64,000 nucleotides of DNA from Phallusia mammillata (GCA_965637545.1 OZ281496.1:12028001-12092000); one strand, 5' to 3'. Positions 24,450 to 37,900 are shown, counted from the first letter of the stretch. The notes: generated by a model not told the origin, from the letters alone. Numbers and translations: made by a program.

Positions 24450-26925
24450 TTTTTGTTAGTTTCTTTATTTTCAACTGTTAGTTTATTTCAATAAACACAT
24501 ACGTTATTGCAACCTAAATATTTTACGCGCAAACTTAAATAAATAAACAAAAATTTAAAAAAGTTGGATAAATAGGGAAATCGAAATTGTGTACAAAAAG
24601 TAAAATTAAGTATATAGGAAAACAAGCATTTTTGACTGTGCAAAAAAAGCAAACAGTCCAAACAACTAGAAATGTATTAAAATCATTAACTAAACGTAGG
24701 CTAATATACAAATTATTTTTCAAAACTGGAACGACGTAAAGGCAAGTTGTTTGAACAATAATGTAAGGTGCTTGACGATAAAGTGCACCTTCGCTAGATG
24801 GTGCAGCGTTGTTAGCAAACAATTAATCAGATGCGAGTATGTTTTCCTCTAGAACAGGACTTGGCTTACTTCCTATGAATGGTTTGCAGCGCCAAGGCAA
24901 GAGTGGATAGGCTGGGTCACCAAAAAGCATCAATGGTACTTCAACACCTTCTGTTTAGGGTGGTGCCTAAGTAACATACTATATTTGACTTCTGCTATAA
25001 AGCAATCTGTTTTATAATAACTAACTTGGGAAACCTGTAGTGAATAATTTTTTTAATACAACTGCATCATGGCAACCTCCTGACATCTGTTTTTTTTTGT
25101 TTGTTTTTTCAGTTGTTTTTACTGTTATGAGTGAAGTTTCTACATCGAAAATGTTATACAATGTTAAGAGAGCAGTTGGGTTGAAAACGAAGTTATGTTT
25201 TTCAAGTAAAGTTAATTTTAACTTATCCAAAATAGATGTTGATATTTCGCAGTTTGTTAAAAGATGATCAATGTTATCTTCGTTTAAACGACAGAGTTTA
25301 CAAAATGTTAAACGAGTGCGTCCGTTGTTTAAGGTGTACATTTGTTTTTGTTGATAAAAATCACCCCATTTATAGGCTTTTTGTATCGTAAGATATGTGT
25401 GTTGTCTAACCTGATTATTAAAAAACTTTTTAATGCTTTTTTGACGGAAAAGTGCTTTCCTCCAATTGAATTCAGGGAAAGCGGTTGGTTTTGTTGGTAT
25501 TTCAATTTGTTTTAAAAGTTCGAAGTAAAAGTGGCGTAGTTTAGCTTTTTTCCAATTGAAATCATCGTTTGTATCTGTTAGGGTGTTGTATAATTGGTAG
25601 ATATTTTGCCATTCTTGGTTTGTTTTCCAAACGGTTGGTTTAGAGCAGTGGTTCTCAAAGTGGGTCGCGCTATGGTGGTTCAATTCTGCCCAAACGAACT
25701 ATTACTGCATTAAGTAAACACAAACGAATTTACTTAATGCATTAATAAAGTCATCTCACTCGACCTCGTTGTACAGTAAAATGAACCAATCATTGCTACA
25801 TTATCCTTCAAATTTTACTGCGACGCATATGGCGATTGTAACATAGCAGGGTAACAGTGGGATCAGTTAGTCGTGCGAAACTGAACGTGGAGATGTAACA
25901 GTTAGCGTTTAAGGACGAGTAAGCATTCGTGCAAGGATTTTTTTTAGATTAGGGATTCACTTCTATCAATGATCATGGTGCTGCAAAGCCGCAATGTATT
26001 TTGTGTTGTCGAAAGAATTGAGCTCGTTAAGCCTGCAGAAATTTTGACATGGTCAGATTCTTGTTCGGCAGCGACGTGGCCTCGAAATTGCAGCCCTTCT
26101 CGTTATCGAACGGCACAGTGAAAAGTCGAATCACAGACTTTTCACTGAAGAGACAATATTAAGTGGTCCTCCGAATGAAAAATAGAGCCGGGCATTGAAG
26201 ATATTATGAAGGAAAAAAAAGTTTTAATAATCTCATCAAGTTAATCAATTTGTTTGTAATAAATCATTGTTTCATAGTACTGTGTACTACAACTGGTTGC
26301 CTGTGTCTTTTTTCATGTATATAAAAAACACATTTTTTGATGTTTGAGGCTTGGGTCGTGACATGTTCATAAAACAGTTTTGGGTCGCGGTCAAAAAAGT
26401 TTGAGAACCACTGGTTTAGAGTTATCTATGAGACTTGGTTTAATTTTTTGTAATTTAAAGCCAAGGTTATAGGTTGCCCAATTTAACCATAGTTCATTTA
26501 GCTGTTCAGTGTTTATTAGATCTCTTAATTTTTCCAATTGTGTGGCGTCTATTTTTGTTTGTATATCAGCATTTTTAAACTTCCGTTTTCGAATTGTGCG
26601 ATTAGTTTTTTTCGATTAAGTTGTTCTATTTTATTTGGTGCTCAGAAAAATTGAAATAGAATGTAATCGAGATCTTTAATGTGTTTCTTTAATGGTGGGA
26701 AAGCACGTGCTAAAAATAGTATTTTTGGAATTATAAGTGTGTTTATTATAGTGATTTTACCAGGTAATGTTAAGTTTCTGTTTGTAAAACGCTGTGTGAT
26801 GTTTTTGGCGTGACTTATAAACAGTTGCCAATTTTTATGTATAACCCAGCTTTGTGTAGTGCATGTAATCCCGAGTATTTTTACTTCGCTTTTCAGAAAA
26901 TTTGGATAAATTTGCATCTTTTGTT
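24450..26925 (-). mobile_element. 5'-truncated Tx1-clade LINE (3' part of ORF2 and 3' UTR), interrupted by an hAT derivative
   Basis: KITIINTLIIPKILFLARAFPP and RLTFCKLCRLNEDNIDHLLTNC are clearly homologous to ORF2 at 33.1-34.2 kb. AATAAA and an A-rich end near 24450. Confidence 0.85.
25646..26413 (+). mobile_element. Internally deleted hAT derivative
   Basis: TIRs CAGTGGTTCTCAAA / TTTGAGAACCACTG, perfect TSD GTTTAGAG, and residual BED-region coding (KPQCILC; LSNGTVKSRI). Confidence 0.9.
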
Positions 26926-28390
26926 TATTGTAACGCCAATAAACGAAGCGATACGAAAAAACTTAATGCGATAATAAAACAAACACAAAAAACGAAATCA
27001 TCAGACTGATGAATTTCGGGCACGTCACGCCTGGCAACGCAGTGCCGTTACCCCTCGGGGTTGGTCAACAAGAGAAGAAGAAAGTCAGAGGGCCTTTACT
27101 CCCCGCCTTGGCGGATATGCTTGGGCCCTGCGAGAAGCGGCGCGAAGTGAAAAGGGTAAAGACGTCACAAGTACCCGACATAAAAATCGTAGTACAAAAA
27201 ACAAAACACGCACGCACGAAAATAGAAAACAAAAATAACGTCACAAGTACACGACATAAAAATCGTAGTACAAGAGACACGCACGAGAAGATAGAAAGCA
27301 AACGCAAAAGGGTCACGTGAAAGGCAAAAAGACAGGGTCTTCGCTCCCCGCCGACGGATATGCATAGACCCTGGGAGAAGGGCGAAGAGGGAAGGTAGAA
27401 AGGCGCATTGCATACACTACCGGTCTCAACCATTAATTTTAGGGGGAAGATCAGGATTAGAACCCGTGATCTGTTTATTACGGGACTTACGCCGTTACCA
27501 CTAGACTATTCAATGGTAGTGGGCAGCGGTTCAAAATGGCTTTACTCGTGGGAATTATCTGGAGGGGGAGACAAAACACACACAAAAAAAAACTATACGG
27601 TTAAGAAAATGGAAAATACAAAGTCAGGGTCGTCGCTCCCCACACTCGGTGGATATGCTTGACCCTGGGAGGATGCGAAAAGAGAGAAGTGGAAAGCAAA
27701 TACATGCAAAAGTATCGTATTTTTATAAAACTGAGAAAACCATGTCGGAGTTTCTCAACGCGAGATCGTTTCGACGCGGTCCGGACACCCCTTCCTAATT
27801 TGAATAGTACGCATGGCGGACAAGTCGCCATGGTTTCGCCACTATTCGTTTGTGGCGTGCATATATGCACATTGTTCAGGTACTCGGTGGAAGCGCTGCG
27901 GGCCTGCAGCAAATAAAAGGAAAACACAATTTTTGAAACAGGGTCAATGAAAAAAGAGTAACTGGGGATGTTTGATGTTAATCTATGACGCTCTCGGTTG
28001 TCTTTAAAAGTTGCGGATTAAATAAAAAAAAGGCGATACAGTAACGGAAAAAAAAGAAAGAATTAATGCGAAAAATTGGCTGTGCATGCGAAACAAACAA
28101 AAAGACGAAACAAAATTAAGCAGATCGTCAAAATTGGATTTATGCAAATTAGTTCCTACGGTTGGTTGAGATCGGATTTTTATGTGACAACCGGAGACGT
28201 CCCTAGAAGCGTTAGTCTACTACACCATCAAATCCCTGAGGTCTTGAATAATATCCTTGTATGTTGTGTCAACCCTATTGTTTTCGACCCGCGCCAGGGA
28301 TATTCGTTTGGGAACAGGTTATTAACTGATGAAGGGTACGGATGGATCCACGGTCGAGTTGGTCAAAGGTTAAATTATATTTTTCAATAA
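26920..28390 (-). mobile_element. 3' portion of another non-LTR element (probably Tx1-like ORF2 end plus a long structured 3' UTR)
   Basis: The terminal ~150 bp recurs at 43662-43817 and ends in AATAAACAAAA. Weak ORF2-end-like translation (ISLARVENNRV). Contains three related hairpins and a 77-bp tandem duplication. Confidence 0.5.
27444..27516 (-). repeat. Degenerate tRNA-like head (A and B boxes)
   Basis: Minus-strand TAGTCTAGTGG and GGTTCTAATCC at tRNA-like spacing; the stems are poor. Confidence 0.4.
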
Positions 28391-28700
28391 GAGATATGGC
28401 GTTCCAGAGTCATAGAACAAAAAACTAAACTTGATCGAATGAATCAATACTTGAAACATCAAACACAATTTGTTAATAAAATAACCGCGCAAATTTACGA
28501 CAATCTAATCGGACAAATTAAACACACTTTCAAGCTTTATACTGCGAAGAAACCATACAAAATTACTTTAATCTTAACATACACAATACTTAGTTATAGC
28601 AACTTTTCGTTATACTTCTGAATGTTTAATATGAACTGTACCTTGCATAACAAACTATATGTATAAAATTGTCCTAAATGTATCAATGCGTTAACCTTTA
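28391..28700 (+). mobile_element. Short 3' fragment of Tx1 ORF2
   Basis: EIWRSRVIEQKTKLDRMNQYLKHQTQFV aligns with AIWRYTVIKQKIKLDCKNEYLYSHTPFV at about 34.23 kb. Confidence 0.7.
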
Positions 28701-29651
28701 AGCAAGCAAAACGAGCATGCACCTCTGTTTTTGCGTTTATTATCGACTTTGTTTGATTGTACTTTCTGTTCGTGCAACGGAAAATTTCTGTTATCGATCA
28801 TTTTTCGTACCTTTCCGATATTGCGTTTTAGGAGACGACAAATAACTACCGCCGATGTACGGTCGGTCGTCACTTGTTGAGGCCGGGCGGGGCCTTTACA
28901 TGGAAAAAAAAATTTTCTGCGCTTTGCATGTAACTTTGTTTGGTTGTGTTATTTTGGTTTAACCATTATCCGCTAGCAGGACGGTAGTTTTGCCAGCTTA
29001 TTCTTTTTTGTACAGTTTAGCCAGTTGGTGCGCAGGCACACTGCAGGGTTGTTGTGTATATTCTGCTCGCTCTGTCTATCCGACAAACTTAAATTAGGCC
29101 GCTAAAACCCCTCATGGTAAACTCTCTACTCTAATTAACCTGATAACCTGGTTCAACTTTTATAGTAGATAACTTGCCTTCTAAAGGCTCTCTGGCCCTC
29201 TCGTGGTAACTATTCGTCTCACTTGAGTAGTGTGTAGTATATAGTGTTTTGTCTAACTGCCTCTAAGGCCCTTGGCGCACTTAGCTCGCTCTATAACATC
29301 TACCGCCCTCTTTCGTTACCTCCTACCCGTTTCCTGTTGAAACGGTTCGGAGGAATTTAACGAAGGAGTGCTCTTCACCTTTCCTGAGGAAAAGCTCTCT
29401 GGCTCCCTCGTCGGCGTAGTGCCAGCGAGAGGTCCTTTGGGGCTTTCCCTCTTTTGACGTCACTAATTGGTTAACCTACGCCTCGGGCGTAAAGTGAGCA
29501 ATTAGTACTTTGCCTAAGTCGTAGACCACAACTACGTCACATACTTGCTACACTCCACGTCTCTGGACGTGAAACCAACAAACATAAAATTTTTGCCCAA
29601 AACGCCAAATTATTAAAATTTTGAATCAACTTGACATTGCTTATTGTAAAT

Positions 29652-31193
29652 ATGGATATTCGTAAAAATCTCGATATTAATAGGAACTTGGCCGAACGGC
29701 CTGGCGCGCCTGACCCACATACAGACATAAAAAACCTGATCGGGATTCGTCCCCGGGAAGTTCCTGGGTTCGAACCCCGTGAAAAAAAAAATTAAAAAAA
29801 AAAAAAAAAATCTCGATATTAATAAGTTTTATGATCAATATAGATCCCTTCATATACAAATATCGGCCGAAAACAATTTTCAAGTCGGGGATTTTGTTGG
29901 ACTGTTCGCTAGAAGCGCCATTTTTCAAGACTACAAGCCGGCTCTACAGGGCTTTAGAATTATCAACAGGAGGAAACAAATCTTTAAAATCACGTTTTTG
30001 GAAGAGCATAGAAATCTCATTGGGCAGCTTTATGACCGCTTCAAATCAAGCCAATCTTGTAGCTATAAGGACAGCGTAATCACAATCAAAGCAGAAAAAA
30101 CTCCTCGACCTTTAACTAAAGTAACACTTTATCCTGTCCCGCTTGAGCTTACAGAAGATCACTGGAACGATGCGTGCAAACAGTTACAATGGGGAAAATT
30201 TTATAAACACGAATATTTAACCTACAAAGACTATCCAACTATACAAAATGGCTACATGCACTTGTTTCTCGAAGATGCGATTCTAGATAACATGTGGCAC
30301 ACCCATCAAATCTTTGGTCATACAATGCAACTCATCAAACCAGGGGAGTCTTTTGGCCCCAGATGTGCTTATTGCCTTGGCGCTCGGCATTGGGCAAACC
30401 GGTGCCAAACAACTATGCAAAATATGTAAAGTGGCCCATGAATTTTCTGAATGTCCCTGCAAATCTCCTATTGTCCCAGCAGAATCAGAAACAAACAAAC
30501 CAAAAAAACAGCAACCAGACAAATCCACACCAAAATGGAAAACAATTCAACCCATAGTTGCGGAAGATTTAACAGCAGTGCTTGCAGAAATGGATCAAAA
30601 CTCAAAAAGGTTGAACACAAAAATTAACCCAAATAACCAGATGTAGAAGAAAGCTATCCAAGCTATCTTTGAAGAGCAGGCACATTCTTCAACTAATCCA
30701 CCCAACCCAACCTATGAAAGAAGAACACTCTAGATCTCAAACAAAACCCAACGAAAAATCTCAATCTGCAAGATCTAAAGATGATATCCATACCATCTCT
30801 TCTACACCCCCTCGGTCTGCTGAAGGTTCTTCGTCTCCAATCTCTCCCAAGCTCTCAACGCAAAATAGGAACTTGCTCAACAACGCAAGAAAACGCATCG
30901 ACTATCCCGAAAGCGAATCCTCTCACTACGATACTCCCCAAATTCAACCCGAAACGCCAGTTCACCCCCCTCTAACATCGCATAATGCCAAAACTAAAGC
31001 TGCTCCGATTATTTCACAACCACCTGAAACAAGCTTTCAACTAGATACCCTTTTCCAAACCCAACAATCTGAATCAACTCAAGACAAAGAAGAAGACACA
31101 AGATCCAGGAATAAAAGAAACACCTCAGCTCCAGTGGCGAACAGAAACACACTAAGAAAAAAACAAAACCTAAATAGTTCAAAAAACTCGTAA
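29652..31193 (+). pseudogene. Tx1 ORF1 (RNA-binding, two zinc knuckles), SINE-interrupted and frameshifted
   Basis: Excising the SINE restores MDIRKNLDINKFYDQYRSLHIQ. Knuckles CAYCLGARHWANRC and CKICKVAHEFSEC; Ser/Pro-rich tail. Confidence 0.85.
29683..29805 (+). mobile_element. Short tRNA-derived SINE with poly(A) tail, copy 2
   Basis: A/B boxes as in copy 1; 19-bp TSD AAAAATCTCGATATTAATA (29664-29682 and 29806-29824). Confidence 0.92.
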
Positions 31194-31206
31194 CTCAGTC
31201 TGTTAA

Positions 31207-34200
31207 ATGGCGGCAAATATGTTTAGTTTATCCTCACTTAACGTAAACGGTTTAGACCATAACTTATCTAATATTGCTAACTTTAATAAACAAGTTGATT
31301 CAAATGTTTTTCTGATTCAAGAAGTGCACAAAGTAGATGAAACTGTCTTTAAAAATTGGGCAAACAGACAAAATTTGATATATATATTTCTTTAATGTAC
31401 ATTGGAGAAATATGTCGGACCGAAAAGCTAAACATGATGGCACTTTAATTTTGATCAAAAAACGTTTTGGGCAAAACATAGAATTCACTCACCATATCAT
31501 TACCGATTTTAGACTACAACAATTAGACTTTGAGTACAACGACACACTATTTACTATTTACAACATATACATGCCATCTGGACAAAAGGCCGGTTCTTTA
31601 AAGAAACGCCTAGACCTATTTCAAATCATTGAAAGAAGTCTAACTCAACACCTACACCGACATATCATCATAGGCGGGGACTTCAATTTGATCATAGATC
31701 AGATTGACACACTCAGAGCCATGCGCTACGGGAGCGACCGACTCTTTCGGCGCGACACCACTAGAAAACACAACAAATTCATCCACTTCTCTGATCACAA
31801 CCACGCACCAACAATAACTTTGAATCTTAACTTAAACAAACGCTGGGGCAAAAGCCTTTGGAAACTAAACTTATCACTCTTGGACCACTCTGATTATGTA
31901 GCCGACATTAAAAGTATAATTCAAACCCACCAGGAAAATAGGGATCAGTTCGAGAATCCTATTTCTTGGTGGGAAACACAGTATAAAAAAAACATTCCAT
32001 CTCTTTTGCGTTAAGAAAGCGAAAAGCGGAGAAACAAGAAAACTACAATACACAAACAGAACTACAAACACTAATGACACACATGAACCCAAACAACTTG
32101 GAAGCAAATCTTAAATTTGTGGAACTTAAAAAACCACTAGTATTCAAAACTTAACTATCGAAGGTCAAATTGAAACAGATCAAACTAAAATTATTAACGA
32201 AATTCACCAATTCTATTCACAACTCTGGCAAACAAAAAGTAAAACCACAAGTAATGCACAAGAACACTTCCTGTCCAACATCACTGTCAACCAAGAACAT
32301 AATGATCACGACTTTACTCCAATTTCTTTAGAGGAGTTGGACATAACAATACAGAAAATAACCTCAAACTCATCACCTGGACAGGATGGCATCCCAATAG
32401 AGTTTTACGTTAAATTCTGGACACTCATCAAACACGACATATTGGAAGTCATCCATAACATTTACACACGCGAAGAACTTCCTGACTCACACAGAAACGC
32501 CATCGTAAAGCTCATTCCAAAAAAACAAAACATTGATCAAAAACTGGCGGCCAATCTCACTATTAAACACAGACAACAAAATCATCAGCACCACGATCGC
32601 AAACAGACTACAAAAGGAACTCAACAACAAAATATCCACTGAACAAAAATGCGGCCTTTTAAAACGACATTTACACCACATACACTACAACATCAAATCC
32701 ATCGTTGAATACTCTATACAAAAAACCGCACCTCTTGCACTAGTCCTCATAGACATGGCGAAAGCCTTTGACACGCTGGACCACGGTTTCTTGTTCAAAA
32801 CCCTCGACAAACTACAAATTAACGATTACACAAAAACTTGGATCAAAATTCTATACAAAAACATTACAAGCCAGATCAACGGTAATGGGAAATTAACAAA
32901 TAAAATACAAGTAAACCGTGGTGTTCGGCAGGGATGCGGGCTTTCAATGCTTCTGTATGTTGCAATCACGGAAGCTCTCATAACAACCACGAACAACAAC
33001 CCCAAAATAAACGGTGTAAAATTCGGATCAGTCCAACCCAAATTACAGCAATATGCAGACGACACAACATTTATCATAACAGACCAACCCATCTTTGGAC
33101 GCAATCTTCAAACAAATGCACCTATACGAACAAGCCAGCGGACAAAAGATAAACAAAGATAAAACAGAAATCATAGCATTTTCAAAAAATTTACGAACTC
33201 AAATTAATTACGGATACCCAAATTATTTAAAACACGACATTAAAATTTTGGGAGTTATTTGCACCACACAAAATTGGGTACTACACAAAAATTGGAGTAC
33301 ATACATCAGTTACATTAAATCCACCATCTCGAAATACGAACACAGGAAACTAACACAAGGAAAAGTGGTTATTATCAAAACGATAATAATGCCCAAAATC
33401 CTTTTCCTGGCACGAGCTTTCCCACCAACACATGAACATACAAAACAAATAAACCACCTACTACATCAATTCTTTTGGGCACCAAACAAAATCGAACAAA
33501 TCAACCGGAAAAAATTAATAGCTGACTTCAAAAATGGGGGTCTAAGAATGCCAGACGTTGAAATTAAAATTAATGTTACACAATTAGAACAGATCAGGGA
33601 CCTAATAAACACCGACACAATTACAGAGTTCTGGCAACAGTGGGCAATCTATAACTTGGGATATAAATTAAAAACAATAAAACCATCACTCTTCATACAC
33701 AACAAACCAAACGCTTGGATCATGACAAGAGACTGGCAAAACATCTACACACTCTACTACACAACTCTAATTGAAATCGACGCCGATTTCAATTGAAGTA
33801 AAGCCAAACAAACACTTTTACTATGAATTGATACGTCAAAAAGAAATTATCACCATACCAGCACACATCACAGACTTTACATGGAAAAGGGCTTTGTTCT
33901 ACCAAAAGGGGATTCGTAAATACTTCAACAACTTTGAAAGGCAACACACATACCTTTCAATACACCATGGATACAAATGGGGAGACTTTTTCAGAGAAAA
34001 GCAAATGCTAATTTTAAATAACGGGAGGATTAGACGTACTTTTTGCAAATTTTGTCGATGTGATCATGACAACATCGAGCACCTTTTAACAAACTGTGAC
34101 ATAACAAAGCAGATCATTAACACACTCAAACAAATCATTTTTGAAAAAGACAACATAGCTTTCAACGCTACGAATCAACTGCAGTGACCACGAAACACCT

Positions 34201-34400
34201 CTGCTTCTTGTAAAGGCCGTAGCAATTTGGCGGTATACAGTCATAAAACAAAAAATCAAGCTCGATTGCAAAAACGAGTACCTATACTCGCATACTCCTT
34301 TCGTTGAACGACAAGCAGCGATTATCTACAAAACATTGCTGCACCAACTTAACATCTTTGTTGAGCTGTACGGCGAAACTACTGTCGAAACACAGTTCAA
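31207..34400 (+). pseudogene. Tx1 ORF2 (APE endonuclease, RT and CCHC region) with multiple stops and frameshifts
   Basis: SLNVNG, LIQEVH, IYNIYMP, IIGGDFN, SDH, WRPISLLNTDNKI, LIDMAKAFD, GVRQGCGLS, QYADDTT, CKFCRCDHDNIEHLLTNC. Confidence 0.93.
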
Positions 34401-35296
34401 TATCGACACACGAACACTACTCACAAACACTTTTATACGCAAGTCAGATAAATAGAAATAATAATTACGTACTATATATAGTTATATTATATTATTCATT
34501 ATTTATCAAAAATATCTTTAATGTGCTAAGCTTTTCATTGACTCTCGTCCGTTGATTCTTCCTTTTTCTCGTTTCAAATCATGTAACCGTTGTTTTTTTC
34601 GCTCCGTTATATTAAATAATTGCTTTTTTTGTGTTGTGTACGATTTATCGTTGTTTCGTTTTACGTTTAAAAAAATGCAGTTGACAGTCAGGGGGTGTTA
34701 ACAGCCGTCAGATGCATCAACGGTTGTTGCTCAAAAGCCCCTACAGTGGCCAAATGTTTACACATTTGCCGATTTGGACAAAAATTTACAGGACTGTGGA
34801 TTGGGGTAATGTGATTTGATATTTTTTTAGTTTTGGAGTAGAGACCAATTATTTACCCCACTAGCCCCCCAAAAAGGGTGAATGGTTTAAGTAGTGTTCG
34901 AATAGGATGAAATTTGGACAGTTTGTTTATTGTGCCATTTCGTTGATTGTTGTTTTCCAACCTGTAGCCCCAACATTTACCCGTTAGCCCCCTAAAAAAG
35001 TTTTTTTTTTAAACAGATCTGAATTGGATAAACTATGGAAAGCTTGTAGAGGATGCCATTTATAGGTGTTGATTCTTGTGTTCTGCCCTGTAGCGCAAAC
35101 CATTACACCTGCCCCCCCCCCCCCCCCAAAAAAAAATAGGACAATATGTCTGGTATTCAAATCCACTTGATTCTTGAAGTGAATATATGCCGCTGGTAGC
35201 GTATGGTGAAGCTGACTTGATGATTTGGCAGCTTCGGGGTTTTCCTTAAAGACCGGGTGACCAGTAATTACTCGTAAACAAATGAACAAAAGAACT

Positions 35297-37253
35297 TACC
35301 TTGTGCATTTGTTCCACTTTCATTCCCACAGTACGTTTTTTCTGTGACGAGTTTGCATTTTTGGCAGAGGGAAACTTGCACCAATGTGAAAAATATCACG
35401 ACTAACTTTGCAGCTTTCATGTTTTGACAGTAACATTAATACGGTCTGACTGCTGTGCGAATGAGAAATAGTTTAAAACCTATGTTGGCTCACTTTTTTC
35501 ATCCAAACCGATAAACAACAAATCGTAGCCCACGTTTGCAAAGTGAACTAGCAAAGCTTTCAGCTTTTTATGGCTTTATAAACGTGTACAACTGATGCTG
35601 CGACGGCCCAAAGTTTGACACCGACATCACGGTTGACATTTGTTTCGGGAAATATTTAACGATGCGGGAAAACCTTAACACGAATAAGGAATGCGACTTT
35701 TTGCAGCAGACATTTTTGTGAAATTAAAATTGCGTTTTCGTGACAACCAAGTTATTTTAATTGACTTTGCTTGAAAAAGAAACTGTGTGCGTGCGATGTT
35801 TGCCAAAACAATAGAATTGATGTTGGAAATTTTTTTCAATTAGTGTGCACAGTGCATAAGAACGCAATTGGCTGGTTTGCATTTCGGTTACTATTTGCAT
35901 GTTACCAAAGCGGTCTTTTGAAGTCTTACCAAACGGCTAATTTGTTACGTGATTGCAGACGCCTTAGGGTTCCCGTTATACCGGAAGCAATTTTGTTACT
36001 CGTTCGCAATAAGAGCCTTTGTTGTTTTCTTGTTGGTCTAGTAACGAAATTAAAAGCCTTTGCTATAATCATTACATTATCGCAGTCGCTAAAAACAACG
36101 TCTTTTGATTGTGGCAAAGTTGGTTATTGCGTTTTTTTTGTATACACTATCATAAACATATATTTATTAAGGAAAAAATGGCCCAAATAGACTTGCGAAA
36201 TGCTTAAGTAATCAAACACGACGCTTGTTTGTCACTTTTTTATCGAATTTTATGCGACTTTAGGTGTCAAACACAGGTATAACTGATCTCACTGACGGTG
36301 ACATTAGCATTTGCCAAAACGTTTTATTAGTATTAAAGCGTGTTGCTTTTTAAGTCTATTTCGGTATTTTTTCCTTATTAAACGTATGAACAGATCCGTG
36401 AAAAGTGTTCCAAACGAATGTTTAAACATTGGTTTTAACATTGCTTGACCTGATATACTTGTGTCTCTTTCGACTGTCGAAACGTTTCCAATACAAGCTT
36501 TATCAGAGATGTTGATGTTGTATTTATCACAAAAAAAGCACATTACGTGCGAACACCGGCACTTAAAACAAGGACTGCCCTAGTTAACAGGTCAGTCACT
36601 ATGCCAAGAATACCTATGCGTGCTTTACAAAACGATTGCAATCATTGCTTTTTACTCAATAAATCTCGCACTCTTAACTTTTGGTCATTTCGACTCATTT
36701 TTGTAAACTCATGTACAACCCAACCTTACATTTTGTCGATAGTAGCATATAACTCAGTGCAAATAGAATCATGTTTCGTTTTTGCAGAATTTGCAGCAGC
36801 CGAGTGGGTATAGGTTGCCTGATATTTCTGCAGTTTGGAAGTTTATGTTTATATTTTGCTGTAACAGCCCTTACCATATATTAAAAGCACAGTACCAACT
36901 AAAAGCGGTTAACGACAGGCGCATTTCCTTTGTTTATGGCAGCAGCAGGAACTTGTAGCGACATTGAATAACGTTATTCAATTTTTGGCTTTCCTGTTTC
37001 AACTATGTTTTAAACTTTTGATCTTGTTATTATACCGGATTCTTGGTACGTGTGGTATGGCACAACAACTTGTTTGCTCAGAGCAGCAAATGTGCATTTG
37101 CTTTCGATTTGCTGTGTAGACAATACGAATTTTAAACTGTGGCAGAATTAGTGACTTTGTTTACAAACCGTCTACTGTTCGAGGGAACTAAAGTAAAAAA
37201 ACTCAAAGTACTTACCGTGCGTATGTTGGAATATTATATGTTGTAGTCTACTG
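35297..37253 (-). other. Possible small spliced gene of unknown function
   Basis: Several minus-strand GTAAG donors (near 37218, 36872, 36730, 35920 and 35298) with plausible acceptors and short open exons. No recognisable domain, and I could not build one consistent model. Confidence 0.25.
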
Positions 37254-37468
37254 AAAAAAAATAGCTCTCAGATTTACAGTTTAGTTACAAGATGACGTCT
37301 CTTTCTGTGCTAGAATTCCTGTTGCTTTTCGCCCAAACTATAAGTAAGTGCTGCATTATGTATCAGACCGAAAAAGTCAGACAAAACATGGTCAGTTGTG
37401 GTAAACTAAAAGGCTACCACTCGTTTTGAAGAAATTGTGGTTTATGCTTCTACACCTAGTCACTACTG

Positions 37469-37900
37469 TAGGGATGGTCAACCTATGGCGCATGCGCTAA
37501 GACTTTTTTGCCTTATTTACAGGTTGAGAAATACGACTAAGTGCAAATTGTGTGAAAATTTAAATACGTCTTCGGAGTACAACAATGCTGAAAGAAAGCA
37601 ATTGTTCGCGGCTGCGCACAAACTCGATTTTTTTTCTTGTGATTGTGGTGTAACAAACTTCCCTCCTGAACACAATCCTGAACGCGGAAAAACTGAGGCT
37701 CGGTCCAGTCAAAGAATAAAACAAATTGTCAAATCTATTGCAACGTAATAAAGTCTGTATTGGCCTTATAAACACCATTGTGTCCAAAATAAAGCAAAAA
37801 TATTCATAAAATATCTAAACGAAAATTTGATTGGGTGAAGAGTAGAAACATTGTTTCCGATTCGACCATTCAAACTCGGTAAAACTCAGCAGTTTGTAAA
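37469..37900 (+). mobile_element. hAT left end with a degenerate transposase N-terminus
   Basis: TAGGGATGGTCAACCTATGGCGCATGCG is a SPIN-like terminus, followed by a CKLC-containing BED-like segment. No right end found. Confidence 0.45.

Larger units (their letters stand above)
28880..34675 (+). mobile_element. Near full-length Tx1-clade LINE, inactivated
   Basis: Long 5' UTR, ORF1 and ORF2 as listed below, and a short poly(A) at about 34668-34675. The 5' boundary is approximate. Confidence 0.88.

Noticed and set aside
26997-27018. CTGATGA motif as a hammerhead
   Set aside because: It is one arm of a simple palindrome, with no helix II-GAAA following on either strand.
36760-36769. Minus-strand ATTCTATTTG as another SL relic
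   Set aside because: Only 10 of 16 nt match in AT-rich DNA, which is compatible with chance.
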